64,000 nt of DNA, taken from NCBI RefSeq assembly GCF_009914755.1, contig NC_060925.1; one strand, written 5' to 3'. Both the position numbers and the translations under genes were made by a program. Below the pieces are notes generated by a model. It was not told the DNA's origin. It was given only the letters and a program-made list of their open reading frames with translations, and made no database searches. Of the stretch, positions 1 to 64,000 are shown one piece after another. Every line of letters begins with the position of its first letter. The stretch's first letter is position 1. This DNA comes from the human T2T-CHM13v2.0 reference genome, Homo sapiens.

Positions 1-744
1 CTCACAGAAGACAACTCTCAAAGTAACCATTAGTTTCATTATAATATAAAAATGAAATATTTAAAATCTTGACTGGCAGAAAAGTCAAGCACCAAGTTCA
101 TAATACTCTGCTTTGATACTAACATACTTTAGATGACTATAAATTGTTACCACACCTAATAATATACAAAATTTCTAAAGGATCCATGCCTAAAAACAGC
201 TTCAACATCAGCATGAGGCATTTTCCTACTAGTATACAAAGTGCAAATTAGTGCAAATTAATAGTAACAGTCAATGTATTTGTGGCCTATTTTAATCTCA
301 AAATAATAGTGTACCCTGACCAAAGAACACAGGATGGAAAAGCACACCTCACAAATTTATACCAAATCAGCACTAAGGATAAAAATAGCTTCAGGTCATT
401 TGTCTCTGAGTAGACTTAGATAAGCATAAAAGAAAAAAAAAATAGCTCATACAACAAAACTGGGTATTCAGGACACAGCTTACATAAGTAAAAACTAATA
501 GGGAACACTATCATAGAGTTTTGCTAAAACAGTCTAAAGAATCACAGAGACAGTTTGACAAGTTTTGCCTTGAAAAACTGAAAACATTACTCTGAATGTA
601 AGTATAATGACAGTATTTCTGAAAATATTTGGGGTGAACTATTTACACATTCAAAATAAAAAACAGGATGGACAATATCTTCCATTTGGCAGAACTTGCT
701 CTACACTAACCATGATCACATCAGCACTTCTTAAAATATTATGG

Positions 745-1320
745 TCTGTTCCTCAATGAGTTGAACAGTTACCATATGACGCAGCAATTTCACTCCTAGT
801 TATATAACCAAGAAAATTAAAAACATATGATCACACAAAAACTTGTACAAAAATATTTACAGCAGCATTATTATCCATAACAGGCAAAAAGTGTAAACAA
901 CCTAAATGTCCATCAACTGATGAATAAATAAAATGTGGAATATCCATACCATGTAGTATTATCCAGCCATAAAAATGAAGTACTGATACATGCTACAGCA
1001 TGGATGAACCTTGAAAACAGTATTCTAATTAGAAAAGAGTCAGTCACAAAGGTTCACATATTGCATGATTTCATTTATAACAAATATCCTATATAGGCAA
1101 ATCCATAGAGACAGAAAATAGATTGGTGGTTGCCTAGGGCTGAGAGAACTGTGGAGAAATATGTAGTGACTACTAATGTGTATGGGGATTCTTTTGGGGA
1201 TGATGAAAAAGTTCTAAATCAGTGGTAATAGTTGTATAACTCTGTGAATATACTAAAACCACTTAGCTGTACACTTTAACAGGGTGAATTACGTAGTATA
1301 TGAATTATATCTCAAAAAAT
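745..1320 (+). mobile_element. L1MB-type 3' end fragment
   Basis: Typical L1M 3' sequence (ccatatgac..gcaatt..actcctag; atggatgaaccttgaaaac; gtgaatatactaaaaaccac). Confidence 0.8.
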
Positions 1321-1951
1321 AACATTAGAGTGTATAAAGATGAGTCAATTAAGGGTAAATAATTTTATAATTATTAACCTTAGAAATGTAATCTTGAAAA
1401 AGTTCACAGGCGATTTTGTGAAAACATTAAAGCAAAGTAAGGAAGATACTCATCACCCCGAAATGTTTCCTCGTGTGCCTTTGTAATCCTTCCCTCCTGC
1501 CCCTTCCCATCCCCAAGCAACCCCTGATCTTTCTGTGGTTTGCATTTTCTAGAATTTTATGTAAAGGGCATCATATTGTATGTACTTTTCAACAGAGGAA
1601 TGATGTAGCTGATTAGTGAATAGCAAAGTCTAATCTCTAGTGATTTCGCATTTCTCCAGCAAGTGGAGTTCATGTATTAGGAAGTTGCACAAATGCAAAG
1701 TACATTGTTCTGATTATGTGTGCCTGCTTTGCAGCCTCTAATTCTCAGGTAGGTCATCCTGTATAAACTTAGGATGTCCATTTGACCACAGTTCAACTTT
1801 GTGTTCCAATTCAGCTGAATAAAAATTAAATTTTTATATCCATCTGTCTGGTGTTCTATGTTTTCTCAGTATGTTCTAGACTCAGGTAAAGGAAGTATGA
1901 TCGATGATCAACCATCATATATAACTAGACATGCCTAACACAGGATAATAG

Positions 1952-3459
<1,508 letters not shown>

Positions 3460-4360
3460 GTGAAACTCAAGATACATATTTTTAAATTTTTTACTGCCAC
3501 TATAATGCTGCTTATGTAACAAAAACAAATAACAAATTTTATTTAAATACATATAAATCAGCTCAGAGCACCCTGCCCTCTTGTGCATACCTGAGAGCTC
3601 TTTTTTCCAGAAAGCCATGTATCTTATTTTCTCCCAATCTGAGGCAGCAGCCAGAGCCACTCTTGCACTGAAGCAATCCATTCAGGTAAGCTGAGACTCT
3701 AAGATCAGATGACCCACTGGCACCAGGTCGTGGTCAGAAGTTTGCAAGTAATCAATGAAACCTTCAGGTAGCTATGGGGCTCACTTTCTAGATTACCACC
3801 AGGAAGCTTAGTATAGCAATGTCTTCTCTCTACAAACTGCTAGCAATATTTTCAGATTCACTCTCCACCGGCCCTCACACATTATTCAAACACTGCTCCC
3901 ATGTAACTGGCAACCCTCCCCTACCTTCTCTCTATCCCATTAGTCTCTTATCTCCTACCCCAGTCTCATTTTTTTAAAAAAAAGTCAATACTGATTTTGA
4001 CAGAAATTTTCTTGGAATAAGCCTCTTCTAATATAGACAGTATTTTAAGAATTCAGCTATCAGTAAATGTTACTTATAGAAAATAACCACTTCATTGTAC
4101 AAGCAGCTCCAGCTAAAGAAAAATAGAGCAAAACTGAGCATAAGTCTTTGCCGAAATTACCAACTAAAGCAGGGAAAAGAAAAACAACTTTAGTTTCTAT
4201 ATATAATTTTATTTCTAAGTTTTTTCTTCAGGGACATGAGCATAAAACCTTATAGCTTATGAATACTATTTTGAGATAATTTTCACATCTTTGCTTATCT
4301 AAATTCCACCTACTCTTCAAGGCTCCAGTGCAAGTTCTAACTTCACTATGAAGTCTTAAT

Positions 4361-5980
<1,620 letters not shown>

Positions 5981-7356
5981 CAGAACACATATTAAATAAT
6001 GTTTTTCAATCCATTAAAATGGGAAAATAAAAATGCAAGTTCAAAACACGATCTGTCTGGAATCACTCTAATCAACCCGGGCAGTTCAGAGTTAACCAAA
6101 ACTCTTAATACTGTATATTAAGAAGTAGCACAGACCATAAGCAGAAAAACCACCCTAAATAGAACAGGACCATTACCCAGACAATGTTGATAAATCTAAC
6201 AACATCAAAATGTGGGGGCTACAGGTCTTAAAATAATTTTCAAATAATAAGGGAGAGAAGCTTAGGGTTTTACAGGCTTCTTATTAAATATCACTTTTCA
6301 AATATACTACTAGTACAATTTCAATTTACATACAAAACAGTGAAATATTTTGCTATCTCTCTAGGCACTTCGGCTATCTCTGGAAAAGGCTAATGTGATC
6401 CTAAAACATAAAGAAATCCTGATTATGGGATTTAACTTATTTCTTCCTTTTAGCATCTGTCAGCTTTCTAGAGCTGAACAAGTTGTATGGCAATATAGGG
6501 TACACATACAAACAAGCAAAAGAAAAACGTCAGTGTTTTTTATAGGCTGACTGGTACCTTCTGGGTTGTAGTCTCTAAATGATTAAAAACAAAGAGTATT
6601 AATGCCACTGAATTATACACTTAAGAACAGTTACAATGGTTTCTTTTTTTTAAAAAAAAAAACACAACTAAAGAGACTTTAGGTCAATGGACGAAGTGAA
6701 AAAAGAAAATTACTCTGGATTCAATATAAAATGGTATTCAAGAATGAAGACTAATGCCCTGTTTTCAAATCACAGTTAAGATTTGTTTTTCCCAAAAAAT
6801 ATGGACGCCACATTATAAGAAGATATAGAATTTATTTACAGACCCCATCTTGGGATCTGAAAGGCAAGTAAACATCCTTAATCTACACCAAACTACTGTG
6901 TTGACTAGAGGTAAGCCCTGGAAATCAGTACCTCTGTACAAGGTTGAAGACTATTTCATTGTGACTTCGACAACTTATCCTGGCCTGCACTTTACCTGGT
7001 TGTCACACCACTAAAGCAGAGTCTGCAACACTGTTATTTCAAAAACAGCAAAAGCTTCTTATTCTCACACTGTATATACAATAACAAAGTAGAAAACAAG
7101 AATTAAAAACACTACCAGTTTAAAAGAATACAGTTTGAGGCTATTACTTTCTCCTAATCAAGGGTTTATCAAAGGTAACACGCCCAAGCCCCAGCTACTG
7201 AAAACACAAATCTTCCCAAGGGTTACTACGGCCCACATTTTTTCTTATACATTCAGTTAAACTCTGATGTTGTGCCACACTGGAAAGTTAGTATCTGCCA
7301 TGATTTTAACACCTAACCACTTCTTAAAGAATTCCTACAGCTAAAGGAAAACTTAC

Positions 7357-46676
<39,320 letters not shown>

Positions 46677-46999
46677 TTTTGCCCTCCGCCGCGGCCGTCC
46701 GAGAGGGCAGCCGGCCCGTCCCTCGCCAGGCCGCTACCTCCCGAGCTGCAGTCGTCGCCGCCGCCGCCGCCTCGGTGCGGCCCACCGCTTCAGAGCCCGC
46801 GTCGGTCACGTGAGTTGGCCAGGCCCAGAAACGCGGCGGCGCCAACAGCTACCCTGCGGCCCGCCTCCCAGCACCAAAGAGGCGCAGGAAGGAGAGACAA
46901 ACGGCCCGCCCGCCGGCTCCACAAACAGCCCCTCGCTGGTCCTCCAGTCTTCCAGCGAGAAGAAAGAAAGAGCGTCCCCGGAAGCCGCCGAAACTCTGG

Positions 47000-47172
47000 G
47001 GTAGAGTGGCACGCGCTTTTTGCTTTTCCGCGTCTTCTTCGGTGGCGATCCGCGTCCTAGAAAGGGCGGTGGGCTCCACCTCGGCCTAGAAGGCCAGCGG
47101 GAGCCGTAGGAAGCCGTCGCGGGAAGCTCAGCCGAATTGGAGTTGGAGCCCCCGGATTGCGCTGACCCTGAG
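47000..47172 (+). other. POLR3C: POLR3C non-coding exon 1 (5' end approximate)
   Basis: Donor GAG|GTTAGT at 47172/47173 within the CpG island; TSS cannot be fixed from sequence alone. Confidence 0.7.
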
Positions 47173-47891
47173 GTTAGTGGAAAATGCTGTCTGAACGTGG
47201 CGGCACTGACTGGACCAAGAGACCACGTCCGAAACGGGAACCTGTGTAAAGGAAGTGTAGAGCTAGGAGCCAAGCGCCTTGGAAGCCCTTTCCGAGGATG
47301 GCAAAGGATCTGGGAATGCTTCTCCAAAGATATGTGGATGGACGAAATAGGTCTCTGGTGATACTGAGGCGGGGTGGGGACGGGGAGGCAAAGACTTGGC
47401 TTCTTAGGAATTGGAAGAAATAAGTAAACAATGTTTGGTAGCAATTTGTAATAAGGAAGTAATCATAAAATTAACTACGTCCGTTTCTGATTGTGTCAAC
47501 TTTGTCAAGGAGTAGAAGTTTAAGAATTGAATACTGTCCTGCAAACAACGTAACCTCATCTCCTGTTTGACACACCCTGTTGAGAAGCAGTCCTTTACCT
47601 CCTAAATTTCTTTTTCGAAATTATCATTTCCTTTATGGACTGAGAATAACACTGCCTGTTCACTCCCACCGAGCTGTGAACAGTGACCTTAATTCTTCCA
47701 AGCAGTGAAGTGTAGAAACTAAGGTCTGTGACAGACCGCAAAATCATCTCCCAATCTTTAAGGAAAATCAGAATCACGCATAATCCCATAGAGATAAATT
47801 TGATGCATAGTCTTTTCCTATGCATACATTTTTCCTTTTTTTTTACAATAATTGAATTTTTATATTTTTTCAGCTTGCTTCTGTCACTTAA

Positions 47892-48212
<321 letters not shown>

Positions 48213-48579
48213 TATTATGAATAATTTTCTACATGAATACGCATCGTACTAAATAACTTTAAATGTTGGTGTAGTATGCCATTGTATGGGTATGGCATCA
48301 TTTATTGTTAGACGTTAGATTGTTTCCACTAAGTCGGTATTATAAAGAGAACTAATGACTTCATTATTATTAGCTTTTTCTTTCTTTGGACACAATATCC
48401 AAAAAGAAATTGTTGTTTCAAAGATATGCAAGATTTTTAAGGCTTTTTGATATGTATTGTCAAATTGCCCTCCAGAAAGAATACATGAATTTACACTCAG
48501 CAGCTCTGCTTCCAGCGTGAAAGACTTTCTATTGTACCATTTTGGTGTTTTTTCCCTAGCTCTCAGACTCCCCAGTACA

Positions 48580-63874
<15,295 letters not shown>

Positions 63875-64000
63875 GTAAGCATCATAAACTTCAGACCTGC
63901 ATTTCAGAATACCATCCAGAAAATCCATTTTGACCTCCTGTAACCCTCCAGCTTAGCATGAGCAAACCTAAACTCACTGTCTCCTCCAGCTCACTTAACA

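Noticed and set aside
46677-46736. Possible non-AUG N-terminal extension of RNF115
   Set aside because: In-frame TAG at 46734-46736 and no obvious near-cognate start in between

Overview
Primate (very likely human, 1q21.1) genomic DNA with two head-to-head genes sharing a CpG-island promoter at about 46.4-47.4 kb. RNF115 (BCA2/Rabring7 E3 ligase) runs on the minus strand; coding exons 1-3 are in the window and the rest lies to the left of it. POLR3C (RNA polymerase III subunit RPC62/RPC3) runs on the plus strand; non-coding exon 1 and coding exons 2-14 are in the window and the last exon lies to the right. I checked all exon boundaries by hand for GT-AG and reading-frame continuity. The rest is intronic and repeat-dense: roughly 70 Alus plus L1, L2, MIR, LTR12, MER39-like, MST, MLT1, MER20 and Tigger relics. 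Almost all ORFs in the supplied track are Alu/L1 artefacts. I see no unambiguous new biological system. The best leads are: (1) a tailless 5S rRNA fragment with a 9-bp target-site duplication and an intact TFIIIA box C core inside POLR3C intron 4; (2) a U12-type minor intron in POLR3C; (3) a solo LTR12 in RNF115 sense orientation upstream of exon 2; (4) candidate poison exons in RNF115 intron 2; (5) several templated or fold-back DNA repair scars. Gene and repeat names come from my recall of consensus sequences, not from a database search.
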